DNA of 64,000 nt from Candidatus Poribacteria bacterium (GTDB lineage: Bacteria; Poribacteria; WGA-4E; WGA-3G). Location of the stretch: positions 128,001-192,000 of the forward strand of contig CBDBFU010000015.1 of the NCBI GenBank assembly GCA_965205025.1, written 5' to 3'. The position numbers and the translations under genes were made by a program. Shown piece by piece: positions 1 to 10,477 of this stretch (within the stretch, counting starts at the first letter, position 1; the number at the start of each line of letters is the position of its first letter). The notes beneath the pieces are model-generated. The model saw only the letters and a program-made list of their open reading frames with translations, searched no databases and had not been told where the DNA came from.

Positions 1-110
1 GTAACTGCCTCTATTTCTCGTTCATCTATGACGCTTGGACCGTGCATACCACCGGGAATTGATTCGGCGATTACAGGTGTACCTCCATCAATTGCTAAAC
101 GCTCAGACAT
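1..110 (-). CDS. N-terminus of DegT/DnrJ/EryC1/StrS-family aminotransferase (runs off window)
   Basis: Manual translation MSERLAIDGGTPVIAESIPGGMHGPSVIDEREIEAV; LAIDGG.P and E.EIEAV typical; GGAGG RBS upstream on minus strand. Confidence 0.7.
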   Translation of the reverse strand, partial: MSERLAIDGGTPVIAESIPGGMHGPSVIDEREIEAV

Positions 111-435
111 CTTTTCCTCCAACTATCTCACTACATCAGAATTTATGACACTTTAACCCATACTATCATTTTTGTCAAGTTTCAAGTTATCATTACGGTG
201 TGAAAAGTTTTTGGCATTAATTTACTTAATATAAACTGTATCACCTACACTCCGCACTTCAAATTACCGATTTTAGATATTATCTCTAAAATCCGTGTAG
301 ACCCTACATCAAGCTCACATTATTAGGTGAATTAGAGAAAAAGACAATAGCAGAATAGAATATTAACAAACAACCCTGAATATCTATTATCCTTTGCGAA
401 TCCTTTCCTGACGCGGGTTTATCATATAAGTATTA

Positions 436-860
436 CTATAGTTTGGATAGTTTTTAGATATAACACTCCGCTGGAGCAAGAACCACAACTTATACCAATT
501 CTAATAAATAATATGCCATCGTAAAAATTTTATGGAATTGAATATTATTGGAAACTATCTTCTGTAGGAGCGACCTCCGGGTCGCGACTTGGAGATTGAT
601 CCTGCAGAATCTCCACAATCAATGCAACAGTATATTTTAGAAATGGTATTACACTCCAGCGGAGTGCTATGTCTATAGAAAACACTATCAATACATTCTC
701 GCACTCCAGCGGAGTGCTATGTAATACCATTTCATTACATAAATTTTATGAAATTGAATATTATTGGAAACTATCTTCTGTAGGAGCGACCTCCGGGTCG
801 CGACATTGAGATTGCCACTGCAGAATCTCCACAATCAATGTGACATTATATCTTTGAAAT
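436..860. repeat. Cluster of REP/MITE-like repeats incl. ~100-bp direct repeat (525-624 / 741-840)
   Basis: Two copies of ...TGTAGGAGCGACCTCCGGGTCGCGAC... 216 bp apart; CACTCCAGCGGAGTG palindromes at ~652 and ~702; 651-722 is a near reverse complement of 43309-43380. Confidence 0.8.
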
Positions 861-1196
861 GATATTACATACTCCGATAGGATACCAATACAAAAATGCG
901 AAAGATGTATATAATCATATTCAGCAGTCTGTTCAGTTTCCTGAACATGAATATAAAATAAGCATAAGACAAGCAATAGCAGTCGCTGCTGCCGTAACGG
1001 CATTCAAGATTTGTGATGACCCTCCAAGCGGAAATTCTACTTATAATGCGGACACAAAATAAAAAGAAAACTCTGCAATCCACGCATAAAATCAAAATAA
1101 AGAGGGCAACTTTAAACATTGAAATAACAACGTAAACCCACCCACACTTTATGCCGTTAATCGTATGTTAAACGAGACACAAAGGAGGTGAAAAGT

Positions 1197-1343
1197 ATGT
1201 CAAAATCTAAAGGTGGAAAAGGTGGAAACACCCAGTATCCGCAGAACAAGCCATCAACAACCGGTAATAAGTCTGGTGGTGGTCGTAGTAATAACACGGC
1301 TAAAGGTGGTAGTAAATCATCTGGTGGTAAAGGTAAGAAATAA
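1197..1343 (+). CDS. 48-aa Gly/Lys/Ser-rich small protein (missed by ORF track)
   Basis: AAAGGAGGTGA RBS 6 nt upstream of ATG; MSKSKGGKGGNTQYPQNKPSTTGNKSGGGRSNNTAKGGSKSSGGKGKK; terminator follows. Confidence 0.8.
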   Translation: MSKSKGGKGGNTQYPQNKPSTTGNKSGGGRSNNTAKGGSKSSGGKGKK

Positions 1344-1360
1344 ACAACTCAACACAACTA

Positions 1361-1404
1361 ACAAAGGAGGCACGGACAGCATGTCCCTTGCCTCCTTTTG
1401 TTTT
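1361..1404 (+). terminator. Intrinsic terminator after small peptide gene
   Basis: AAAGGAGGCACGGACA-GCA-TGTCCCTTGCCTCCTTT stem followed by TGTTTT. Confidence 0.75.
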
Positions 1405-1432
1405 GATAGCCCTCGCACAGCACCTTTTTGTA

Positions 1433-1461
1433 TTGACATAGAGAACCCACAATGCTAAAAT
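1433..1461 (+). promoter_or_regulatory. sigma70-type promoter
   Basis: TTGACA-17 nt-TAAAAT with TG extension; suggests the real start of the next gene is ATG 1554 (AAGGAG RBS). Confidence 0.6.
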
Positions 1462-2027
1462 CAAACTTATTAGAACATAAAAAACACCATAATGAGGATG
1501 ACGAATTCTCTACACAATACATCGTCAGATTCAGAGATGGTAAGGAGATAACAATGAAAATTGGAAACAAAGTTAGCACACCAGATGGCACACAAGGCTA
1601 TATTCAAAGTATTGAAACCGACCACCTTTTTGTGTCTCTCCCAACAAATGGACATCAGTCTTCCTCTCAACGTTTCTCTGAAGAACAAATAACGCTCTAC
1701 GATAACCAGAAACCGACCACCGGTGACCATACAGTGTTTGGCAGAGTGATAGAAACAAAGCAAATACATGGTGACATAGGCGGAATGATTGAAGTTACTT
1801 GCACTAAATCTGATAACACTAATACCGTATTATGGGTTGAGGATGAGTTCCACGAAATGTATAACGAACACGTCAAAACCAATATTAGTAGTTTGCGACC
1901 GCTCTATTATGCAAACTGGGTAAATTCTGAGCGTATTGATAAGTTTTTCGCTTATTATGGAATAGAAAGCACAGATAATGGCGAGTATTCACTTATGCCG
2001 ATTTCTCATAAAGATCACGCTACTAAG

Positions 2028-3486
2028 CAATACCTTCGCCAATTATCCTGTGCTTAGTTCTAACTGTGTGTGATGAATAGCACCGATAGAACTAAGGTGC
2101 TGTGTGATTTGCTCAATAACAATAGGTTCAGGTTTTTGCGGAAGTATTTTTAATGTTTCCTCTAAATACTTCATAGCTCGGTATTTTGCTTTCAAATCTA
2201 ATACGCTACACGCCGTGTTATTAGACCGAAATGTGTTTGCCATTTTCGCACTCACATTTACCATAAACAAGGATAAGTTTGCTGCATTGTTCACAGGTGT
2301 TTTTTTGACATTCATAAAATCTTCCAACCCCCAATACTGTTTTGCGTCTCTGAAGTTAAACTCTATTTGAAAACGAAGGGAGTAATAATCAATCATCTTT
2401 AGAGCACTCAGTTTTAGGTCAGAACTAAACAATAACACGTGTGATTTTTGTCCTGTCAGCAGATGCGTCTTGAGAAGACAAACAATATTGAGAGGATCCG
2501 CAAACTGCTTATGACGCAAGTGTACTTGATACACTTCGGTTCTGATGTTATCGGTTGTTTCAACAGAGACACGCCATTTGTTATCCATTTGTTGTGGATT
2601 GAAACGATCCCCATAGAGGGCGCGGCGTCCACGACCTTTATACGGTGTCGTTGGTGGATAATAGAGCGCAGCATCTGTGCGAAGTTTTGAAATGAGATGG
2701 AGACCACATTGTGATACCATTTGTAGCGCATTATTGTGTCCGAAATATCCATCAAGCACAAAATAACGGAGTTTGATACAATCTCCCATCTGTTTGAGAA
2801 ATGATTTCACCATAGTTTGAAGTTGTTTCAAAGTATTGCTGAACACAACATCCTTTTTGTTTCGATTCAGGCTCCCTTTGGGGCGACCACGCCCTCGTTT
2901 TGTTATGGCTTTCTGTGTATTCTCCTGATCTTCGATTGCAGACACATCCATATTGGCTGATGCGTTGCTACGCACGATTTGTTCCATCATCATTGGGTAA
3001 GAACACCTGTCTTTGACGCTTACTAAGGACACCGCTAAAAATGACAAACCGGAAATCGGTTTTCCATGTAATGAGGAGAAGAAGCGATCTATACCATAAG
3101 TTTTTTTCCCAGTTTTTGACACCGTGACTTCATCTGCTACAAGGATATACAAACTTTTAGGATCAAACAGATATTTTTTGAAAAAGAGCCAACACATCTT
3201 TGGCCAAGGGAGATCTGTGCTAAAGAAGCGTTGTATCGTACGATAACTCCCTCCTTTTGATGTCCAACGGGAGATATTTAACATTGTGACCTGACCTGTC
3301 ATCGCAAGCAGGGCAAATACAACTTGACATAACTGGCGGATCATAGTAGTGGATAAACATAGATTAAATACAGTAAATAATGCTATAATTTCTGGCATGG
3401 GTGTGTGTCCTTTCTAAGTTAAAATGATATTTTAAAACTTTAGGACAAACACCCTTTTTATTCAAGTGTTTTTGGCGAAGGTATTG
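2028..3486 (-). mobile_element. IS4/IS701-like insertion sequence
   Basis: Perfect 15-bp TIR CAATACCTTCGCCAA (2028-2042 / 3472-3486); 6-bp target duplication ACTAAG (2022-2027 / 3487-3492). Confidence 0.9.
2043..3398 (-). CDS. DDE transposase (IS4/IS701 group)
   Basis: LVADE, VLDGYF and YSLRFQIEFNFRDAKQ (YREK-type) motifs; lies within TIRs. Confidence 0.9.
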   Translation of the reverse strand: MPEIIALFTVFNLCLSTTMIRQLCQVVFALLAMTGQVTMLNISRWTSKGGSYRTIQRFFSTDLPWPKMCWLFFKKYLFDPKSLYILVADEVTVSKTGKKTYGIDRFFSSLHGKPISGLSFLAVSLVSVKDRCSYPMMMEQIVRSNASANMDVSAIEDQENTQKAITKRGRGRPKGSLNRNKKDVVFSNTLKQLQTMVKSFLKQMGDCIKLRYFVLDGYFGHNNALQMVSQCGLHLISKLRTDAALYYPPTTPYKGRGRRALYGDRFNPQQMDNKWRVSVETTDNIRTEVYQVHLRHKQFADPLNIVCLLKTHLLTGQKSHVLLFSSDLKLSALKMIDYYSLRFQIEFNFRDAKQYWGLEDFMNVKKTPVNNAANLSLFMVNVSAKMANTFRSNNTACSVLDLKAKYRAMKYLEETLKILPQKPEPIVIEQITQHLSSIGAIHHTQLELSTG

Positions 3487-3719
3487 ACTAAGAAAACGTT
3501 ATTTGTTACATATAAAGATAGCCCGAATGTGAGTCATGAATTAGATGTCAGAATGGATGATGAAGGCAATATCAGTAATGTTTACGATGGCAATAGCAAA
3601 AGGTCATTCTCAAGTGTTTTTGACTTGAGAATGGCGCGTATTGTGAAAACCACGATTATATTTGAACATGAGCTCACAGATTTCTAAAGGAGATATAAAT
3701 CATTAGAAGAGAACAATAT

Positions 3720-4943
3720 ATGAGCACACAAACACACTCCGCAACCAAAAACGCTCTTGACAGAATTTCTGAACTCATCCGTAAGATAGTAGAGAAATCA
3801 GGTAATGGCAACTGTATTTATCGTGGTGAACCTGAACACTATGATAAAGTATCCTCTGCTCTCTATCGCCCTTCTCCATTAAAATTTGATTCAGGGGAAT
3901 ATGATTTAAAACGTTTAAATAGGTCGAATCTGGAAAATGCTCGTAACCATATCCATGATCAAAAAAAAGGGAACTTTGAACTTTTAACGGAGCTGCAGCA
4001 CTATGGCGATGAAACCAACCTCATAGACTTCACAACTGACTTCCACATAGCCCTATTCTTTGCATGCAACGGTTTTCATGATAAAGATGGCAGGGTTATT
4101 GTGTTGCCAAGAACGAAAGATATTGATAAAAAATACAGAGTAAAGCAACCTTTGGAACCTGTCAATCGCGTTACGGCACAAAAAAGTATATTCACGCAGC
4201 CTCATAAAGGATATATTGAACCTAACGACTTCGACACTATTACTGTTTCTGCCAATCTAAAACAGTGGATACTCATTTATCTGCGGAATTTCCAAGATAT
4301 ATCTACACAAAGCATCTTCAACGATCTACATGGCTTCATTCGAAATAAAGAATTGCGTCGCTCAAACGAAGCAAATCTTCCACTTGTTTTGGCAGAAATA
4401 AAATTGGAACACATTGCGGACAATGACCCGACTGCCGAAGATGAAGAAGAAGAAAAAGATGCATGGCGCGATTTGATCGCAGGTTATACAAGAAGGTTAG
4501 AGTATTCACCTTATGAGGTTAGATGTTATGTGGAACAGGGTCAATACTACTTATATCTCGAAGAATACGATTGTACAATTGAAGTCTGTAGCAAAGCAAT
4601 ATTACTACAACCTGATCATTATAAGGCATACCTTTTTCGCAGTGCTGCTTTTTTCTACAAAAAGCAGTACACGGACACTATAGAAGATACCGATTGTTTG
4701 ATACAAAACAACCCACAGGATTCCATGCCATACATCATTAGAGGTATTGCATTGTTACACCTGCAAGATTGGGAAAAAGCGAAATTGGACTTTGAGGCTG
4801 GCAAAGAGATAGATAAAAAGATGGGTAAATTTCTTACCTTCTTATTTCGTCAAGACTCTCAAAGCGTTTCAGATTTTGAGCAGGAGTATAACGTTAAACT
4901 ACCCGCAGACATTGCCGAAATGCTAACGCCACCGCAGGCATAG
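3720..4943 (+). CDS. FRG domain + TPR protein
   Basis: YRGE..LYR, LQHYG..TNLIDFTTDFHIALFFAC, RVTAQKSIF; C-terminal TPRs. Confidence 0.85.
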   Translation: MSTQTHSATKNALDRISELIRKIVEKSGNGNCIYRGEPEHYDKVSSALYRPSPLKFDSGEYDLKRLNRSNLENARNHIHDQKKGNFELLTELQHYGDETNLIDFTTDFHIALFFACNGFHDKDGRVIVLPRTKDIDKKYRVKQPLEPVNRVTAQKSIFTQPHKGYIEPNDFDTITVSANLKQWILIYLRNFQDISTQSIFNDLHGFIRNKELRRSNEANLPLVLAEIKLEHIADNDPTAEDEEEEKDAWRDLIAGYTRRLEYSPYEVRCYVEQGQYYLYLEEYDCTIEVCSKAILLQPDHYKAYLFRSAAFFYKKQYTDTIEDTDCLIQNNPQDSMPYIIRGIALLHLQDWEKAKLDFEAGKEIDKKMGKFLTFLFRQDSQSVSDFEQEYNVKLPADIAEMLTPPQA

Positions 4944-5129
4944 TCAATAATTTCTATATATATATATGATATGATAAAAGTTGAAATAGAACTTGAGTCG
5001 TGATCAAATACTATGAACCAAAATCAACACGTCAAACCAGAGGAAATAAGCGATGGCAAGGCTCACACTCCTAAAATCCATTGTGTCAATACTCGGACAC
5101 AAAAACACACACACAAAAGGAGAACTATC

Positions 5130-5816
5130 ATGTTAAAAAGCATATTCAAGATTTCAGTCACTTTTGCAGTATTGCTGCTTTCAGGAATGCTGGTAAACTC
5201 ACACTCTGGCAGAACCGACAATACGGCGGACACCATGACCGAATCAACGGCGGCTACCACTACAAAGGAAGAAAAGCCAAAGGCACAAAACGGAAGGTTT
5301 AAAGTCCACGTAAACGTATCATGCAGCGACAATACCACAAAGTCTATGATAGAAAGTCACATCAAGCGAGAATTACGCAGTTTGGGAGACGTAGACATTG
5401 TTGACGAGAAACACAATGGATTCAGACTTATTCTTCTTGCTATTCCTCACACATCTAAATCAACTGAAAAAAAAACTGGGCAAACTTCAATTGCAATCAT
5501 GGAATTGTATAAAGAAGGTGACTTGCATGCATTTATATCGTCAGCTATATCTCTATATGCTACAACTATTGAACCGAACTATCGGAACCTACCTGACAAA
5601 GAATTCCTAAAAAGGAAAACTAAAAGGTTTGAAATTGCTAAAGAATGGTCTGAATCTTTGGGAGATGTTTACAACAGACCTGGCTTAGAGTTAATTGTTA
5701 ACATACCAAACAACAACCTACCAGCTACTTGTAAAGAAATTGTGGCTGAATTTGATGTTAAACATTTAGAACCCTTCAGAGAAATAACTATGAAAATATT
5801 AGAGAACAAAAACTAA
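5130..5816 (+). CDS. Secreted hypothetical protein with frameshift-eroded YHYH-type motif
   Basis: AAGGAG RBS before ATG 5130; signal peptide; HSGRTD followed by YGGHHDRINGGYHY in another frame. Confidence 0.65.
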   Translation: MLKSIFKISVTFAVLLLSGMLVNSHSGRTDNTADTMTESTAATTTKEEKPKAQNGRFKVHVNVSCSDNTTKSMIESHIKRELRSLGDVDIVDEKHNGFRLILLAIPHTSKSTEKKTGQTSIAIMELYKEGDLHAFISSAISLYATTIEPNYRNLPDKEFLKRKTKRFEIAKEWSESLGDVYNRPGLELIVNIPNNNLPATCKEIVAEFDVKHLEPFREITMKILENKN

Positions 5817-5876
5817 TATGTACGTCATAAACATTGAAGACGAAACTTTTACTGCGATAAAAGCCACATAGCCATA

Positions 5877-6539
5877 ATGAGAACAAGTGCTATGAACGAA
5901 ATCAGAGATGGACACTACACATTAGGGAACGCATATCTCAGAGAAGGACAATATGATGAGGCAGTAACACACTTTGAGCAGGCTATATCCCTTGATTCAG
6001 ATTTTATTGAAGCCTATCATGCCCTCGCCCTTGCCTACTTACAGCAGCAACGACTCCAAGACGCCAAAGACGCTGCAAGAGAAGCACTACGGATTGATAT
6101 AACCTACCAACCTATACTCTCCTTTCTACAAGCCATTGAACCGAGTATGCCCGCAACCCCACAGGTGGCTGTCCTTCCGACGGAACAGCCCGATGGGATC
6201 GAGAAACCCGTTGAAAAAGAAGATACGCCAAAGCAGCCTAACTCGACGACCCTTCCTGAAAAAGAGAAAGCACCCCCCAAAGAAAATGATATTGATATTG
6301 ATATTGACACAGAGTTGGAACGCGGTATCGTATTCCTCGCAAATAAGCAATATCCACAAGCCGAAACAGCATTCAAGAAAGTGCTGAAAGCATCACCGAA
6401 CCATGCCATCGCTCATTACAATCTCGCACAAAGCTACATGGAAACTGGAGTGTTGATGGATACCAAGATCCAAGTAGACAAGGCGTTACGGCTCAATCCA
6501 TCATACCCAGACAGAACTCTTACTGTATTTATAGGATAA
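5877..6539 (+). CDS. TPR protein (two TPR clusters with Pro/Glu/Lys linker), possibly C-terminally truncated
   Basis: HYTLGNAYLREGQYDEAVTHFEQAISLD; AHYNLAQSY...ALRLNP. Confidence 0.8.
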   Translation: MRTSAMNEIRDGHYTLGNAYLREGQYDEAVTHFEQAISLDSDFIEAYHALALAYLQQQRLQDAKDAAREALRIDITYQPILSFLQAIEPSMPATPQVAVLPTEQPDGIEKPVEKEDTPKQPNSTTLPEKEKAPPKENDIDIDIDTELERGIVFLANKQYPQAETAFKKVLKASPNHAIAHYNLAQSYMETGVLMDTKIQVDKALRLNPSYPDRTLTVFIG

Positions 6540-6545
6540 ACGAAC

Positions 6546-7148
6546 ATGAAACATCAATCTAACAACGTAATCATCTATATCACGACATGCGTGGTGTTGA
6601 TAAGTTTGCTCATGGCATGCGGTGAAGATAACGATTCCCTAACAATAACGCCAAACTATCTGCCAATTGAAGTAGGAAATACTTGGATATTCGTTTTGCC
6701 TGACGATCCGCATGACACAAGGGACATTTCAATCACTGGGACAACATTGTTGGCTAACGGCAAAACTGTATTCTCCGTCTCAACAACAGATGATTATGGA
6801 CATTATGATAGCAGTTATCTGTCACGCGCTGCCAATGATCTCTTATTATTCCATAAAACATTAAAAGACCTACAAGGTGAATTGATTTTTAGTCCACCGA
6901 TAAAAGTTGGAACAACGTGGCAAGGACGAGATGGTCAGGCAGAAGTCGTAGCACAAGAAAATGTCAACACACCTGCCGGTATATTCCAAAATTGCTTTCG
7001 CATCAATGTGCAAGTTCATCAATCTTATGAAGATGACTACGCAATCTGGCTTGCGAAAAATGTTGGTCCCGTAAAAATTGTAACTATTAGTAAGAGTGAT
7101 GGTGAAATTGAATCGAACATTGTTCTCAAACATTTCTTCACCAAGTAA
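6546..7148 (+). CDS. Putative lipoprotein
   Basis: LLMA-C lipobox; YLPIEVGNTW and VNTPAGIFQNC...WLAKNVGPVK motifs. Confidence 0.75.
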   Translation: MKHQSNNVIIYITTCVVLISLLMACGEDNDSLTITPNYLPIEVGNTWIFVLPDDPHDTRDISITGTTLLANGKTVFSVSTTDDYGHYDSSYLSRAANDLLLFHKTLKDLQGELIFSPPIKVGTTWQGRDGQAEVVAQENVNTPAGIFQNCFRINVQVHQSYEDDYAIWLAKNVGPVKIVTISKSDGEIESNIVLKHFFTK

Positions 7149-7253
7149 ACTATTGAAAAAGATGAGGGAATCACAAAATTATAGACATTCTAATTCGGAT
7201 TTAAGAATCAAAAAAGCAACTCTAAAATAAGTAACGCTCACAAGGAACACCTT

Positions 7254-8912
7254 ATGAAATATAGACAGAAATTATCCGCTATTGTAGTTTTACTCCTCTT
7301 TTTCACAATAAGCACCGCATTTGCCCAAACAACGCTACCAGCTGAAGATATTGCTGAAAAAGCATTAGCAGCAACAGTATACTTGGAAATGAAAGATAAC
7401 AATGGCAAAACTTTGGGCATCGGCAGCGGGTTTTTTGTAAAACCCAACCTAATTGCAACTAACTACCACGTGATTGAAGGTGCTGCAAAAGGCACCGCAA
7501 AGTTAGTTGGCAAATACACCACATACAATATTGAAGGCGTTACAGGAACAGACAAAACAAATGACCTCGCACTTCTAAAGGTCACTTCTTACGGTATCAA
7601 GCCACTTTATCTTGGTAACAGTGACATAGTAAAGATTGGTGAGACGGTTTACGTTGCTGGCAATCCCAAAGGACTGGAAGGCACATTCTCGGATGGTATT
7701 ATTAGTAGTCGTCGCGATAAATACACAAAAGAACGACTACAGATGACCGCACCGATTTCACCAGGGAGTAACGGTGGTCCCGTTGTAAACAATAAAGGTG
7801 AAGTCATTGGAGTATCTTTTATAACACTACAAGGTCTACAGAATCTGAATTTAATAATTCCTTCAAATTACCTCAAGAAACTGCTAAATCAACCATACAC
7901 ATCAAAAAACTTAGATCAAGGTAGCGACTTCATCTCCGCAGAAACCTATTTTAATTGGGGTAATACAAAATTTGTTTTAAGAGACTATGAGAATGCTATT
8001 ACAGACTATACTGAGGGAATTCGTTTAAAATCCATTGATGCCAATTTTTACTGCAATCGCGGCATTGCAAAGGGTAAACTTGGACAATATAATTCTGCTA
8101 TCATAGATTTTAATATAGCAACGCAATTAAAACCAGATTTTTCTGATGCCTTCTATATGCGCGGACTTGTTAATGTTAAATTAACACAATATTCTGCTGC
8201 TGTTGAAGATTTTGATATGGCTATAGGTTTAAAACCAGATATGGCACAATATTATATTGATCGAGGGGCTGCAAAGCATCATCTTGGACAGTACTTAGCT
8301 GCTATTGCTGATAATGACACTGCAATTAGATTAAAACCTGATAATTCATTCGCATTTTACAATCGAGGGGCTGCAAAGATACAACTCAAGCAATATGACG
8401 CAGCTATCGCAGATTTTAACACAGCAATTAGATTAAAAAGCGACTTTGCTGAGGCATTCTACAATCGTGGAATTGCGAAAATAGAGTTAGAACTATATAC
8501 CGCAGCTATCGCAGATTTTGATACAACAATCCGACTAAAACCTGATTTTGCCGATGCATACTACAATCGGGGAATTACGAAGGGCAAGTTAGGACAGCAC
8601 GCTGATGCTATTGCAGATTTTGATACAACAATCCGACTAAAACCTGATTTTGCCGATGCATACTACAATCGGGGACTTGCGAAGGGCAAGTTAGGACAAT
8701 ACACTGCTGCGATTTCGGATTTTGACATCGCTATTCGGCTCAATCCTGATAATGCCGATGCATACTACGATCGGGGACTTGCGAAGGCTGGGTTAGGTCG
8801 AACATCGGCAGCGAAGCAAGACATCCGCACTGCTTTACGACTTGCGATAAAAGCAGGGGATGTAGAACTGAAAACTGACGCAGAGGAAGCACTGCGTATT
8901 CTCAATAAGTGA
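7254..8912 (+). CDS. Secreted trypsin-like (S1) domain + TPR protein; catalytic Ser replaced by Asn
   Basis: Signal peptide; GSGFF, TNYHV, NDLALL; PGSNGGP instead of PGSSGGP; about 9 TPRs. Confidence 0.9.
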   Translation: MKYRQKLSAIVVLLLFFTISTAFAQTTLPAEDIAEKALAATVYLEMKDNNGKTLGIGSGFFVKPNLIATNYHVIEGAAKGTAKLVGKYTTYNIEGVTGTDKTNDLALLKVTSYGIKPLYLGNSDIVKIGETVYVAGNPKGLEGTFSDGIISSRRDKYTKERLQMTAPISPGSNGGPVVNNKGEVIGVSFITLQGLQNLNLIIPSNYLKKLLNQPYTSKNLDQGSDFISAETYFNWGNTKFVLRDYENAITDYTEGIRLKSIDANFYCNRGIAKGKLGQYNSAIIDFNIATQLKPDFSDAFYMRGLVNVKLTQYSAAVEDFDMAIGLKPDMAQYYIDRGAAKHHLGQYLAAIADNDTAIRLKPDNSFAFYNRGAAKIQLKQYDAAIADFNTAIRLKSDFAEAFYNRGIAKIELELYTAAIADFDTTIRLKPDFADAYYNRGITKGKLGQHADAIADFDTTIRLKPDFADAYYNRGLAKGKLGQYTAAISDFDIAIRLNPDNADAYYDRGLAKAGLGRTSAAKQDIRTALRLAIKAGDVELKTDAEEALRILNK

Positions 8913-9017
8913 GTAGGAATACTTGATAAGCACTCTCTCAATCACATTATATCGTTTATTTTAATTCAAAACTGATATTCTGAATAATCTATTAACAAGA
9001 GTTAAGGAGATTTCATA

Positions 9018-9644
9018 ATGAAAAACTTCTGTAAAAAAGTTCGTACAACTGCGTTCACTATCCCTCTTTTGATGAGTATCTGCTGTCTTGCAATCGGAGC
9101 AGGATTAGGGGTAAGTTGGAAGAAATCCGATGTTACACCAGTAGTTATCGTCGAACCTGGCATTGGAAGTTTCAAACCAATGTTCGGCAGTTCAATTGGA
9201 AACAAATGGTCCAAGGATCAGGTAAAGCCTGTCCTTTTAGTAAAGCCTGGTATTGGTGGTTTTGTGCCCTATAGTGGGAGTACCGTTGGCAAACGCTGGA
9301 CAAAGAAAGATGTAGAACCTGTAATGCTTGTTGAACATAGTATCACAACATTTATACCATTACGTATTCTAACCTCAGTTGATAAGTTATTAAGTGGAGG
9401 CACATCACTAACCTTTCCTAAGACTCCACCTGTTATTGAGAGTAAAGTTGATGGAACATTTAACGGATGGGATGGAGAAACTATCGTAAAACTATCAAAT
9501 GGACAGATATGGCAACAAACAAAGTATTACTATCGTTATCGCTATCGTTATCGACCAGAAGTATTGATTTACAAATCAGGTAGCGTATACAAGATGATAG
9601 TAGAAGGAGTTGATAAGGCAGTGCAGGTGAAAAGACTGAAATAG
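9018..9644 (+). CDS. Secreted hypothetical protein with three ~29-aa repeats
   Basis: W(K/S/T)K..V.PV..V..(G/S)I..F.P x3; C-terminal FNGWDGETIVKLSNGQIWQQ..YYYRYRYRYRP. Confidence 0.75.
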   Translation: MKNFCKKVRTTAFTIPLLMSICCLAIGAGLGVSWKKSDVTPVVIVEPGIGSFKPMFGSSIGNKWSKDQVKPVLLVKPGIGGFVPYSGSTVGKRWTKKDVEPVMLVEHSITTFIPLRILTSVDKLLSGGTSLTFPKTPPVIESKVDGTFNGWDGETIVKLSNGQIWQQTKYYYRYRYRYRPEVLIYKSGSVYKMIVEGVDKAVQVKRLK

Positions 9645-9903
9645 TACTTACTATAGTTTGGACAGTTTTTTGAGTCGTGATGCTTTTCATTTTCATTTTA
9701 AAATCTCTTGCTAAAACACATTTCGCCCCTCTGTGGCTTGGAGTGGGATTGGAAATAAACTATACACCTTCCATCCCTTTGGGACTGCCACTTTGATGTC
9801 TGACATATTTTCGTTGAGTTAAAACACTGATGGTATTATCTATCATTGGCGTGCACAATAGAGAACAACACTGAGTAGTGCCAAACAACATAAGGAGACA
9901 ATT

Positions 9904-10356
9904 ATGAAAATTATAAACTTACCCTTTGATGGATTTACCAATAAAGGTATTAGCCTTTACGAGGAAGGCCGCTATGGCGAAGCAATTACCATTTTTAGTG
10001 AGGTAATTCGCAAAGACAATGAAGCGGTTGTAGCATACTACTATCGAGGGTTGTCAAAATATGATCTTAGTCAATATGGAGAAGCGATTGCTGACTATGA
10101 TAGAGTCATTGATCTCACCACCAATGATTATGACGAAGTGTATGAGAAGCGCGGTCTTGCAAGATTCGCACTTAAACAATACAAGTTGGCCATTCGTGAT
10201 TTTGATGAGGCAATTCATATCAATCCACATAACGCTGATGCATTTAAGCTTAGAGGTACTGCAAAGATAAAATCTGGTGATAGAATCTCAGGAAACGAAG
10301 ACATTGAAAAGGCGTGTCAACTTCACTCTCGCTGGGAAGTTAAAGTTGCTAATTAA
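9904..10356 (+). CDS. TPR protein
   Basis: About 4 TPRs; AAGGAG RBS. Confidence 0.85.
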   Translation: MKIINLPFDGFTNKGISLYEEGRYGEAITIFSEVIRKDNEAVVAYYYRGLSKYDLSQYGEAIADYDRVIDLTTNDYDEVYEKRGLARFALKQYKLAIRDFDEAIHINPHNADAFKLRGTAKIKSGDRISGNEDIEKACQLHSRWEVKVAN

Positions 10357-10477
10357 CACTTGTCGTGTATGAGTATCTAAGCACAACTCATAAGTGGATA
10401 CGTCCTGACACACCTAATAGACCTATAGATCCAGATCCATTAGGGATGTATTGAGAAAATTAGACGAGGAAGTATCA

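Larger units (their letters stand above)
1554..3687 (+). pseudogene. Hypothetical protein (~222 aa) interrupted by IS
   Basis: Removing the IS and one ACTAAG joins ...KDHATK in frame to KTLFVTYKDSPNVSHEL... (ORF 3466-3687). Confidence 0.8.

Noticed and set aside
545-1119. Short ORFs over repeat cluster
   Set aside because: Mostly translations of REP repeats; 859-1062 may be a gene fragment but is unassignable
1213-1458. 81-aa ORF in track
   Set aside because: Alternate frame of the real 1197-1343 gene; crosses its terminator
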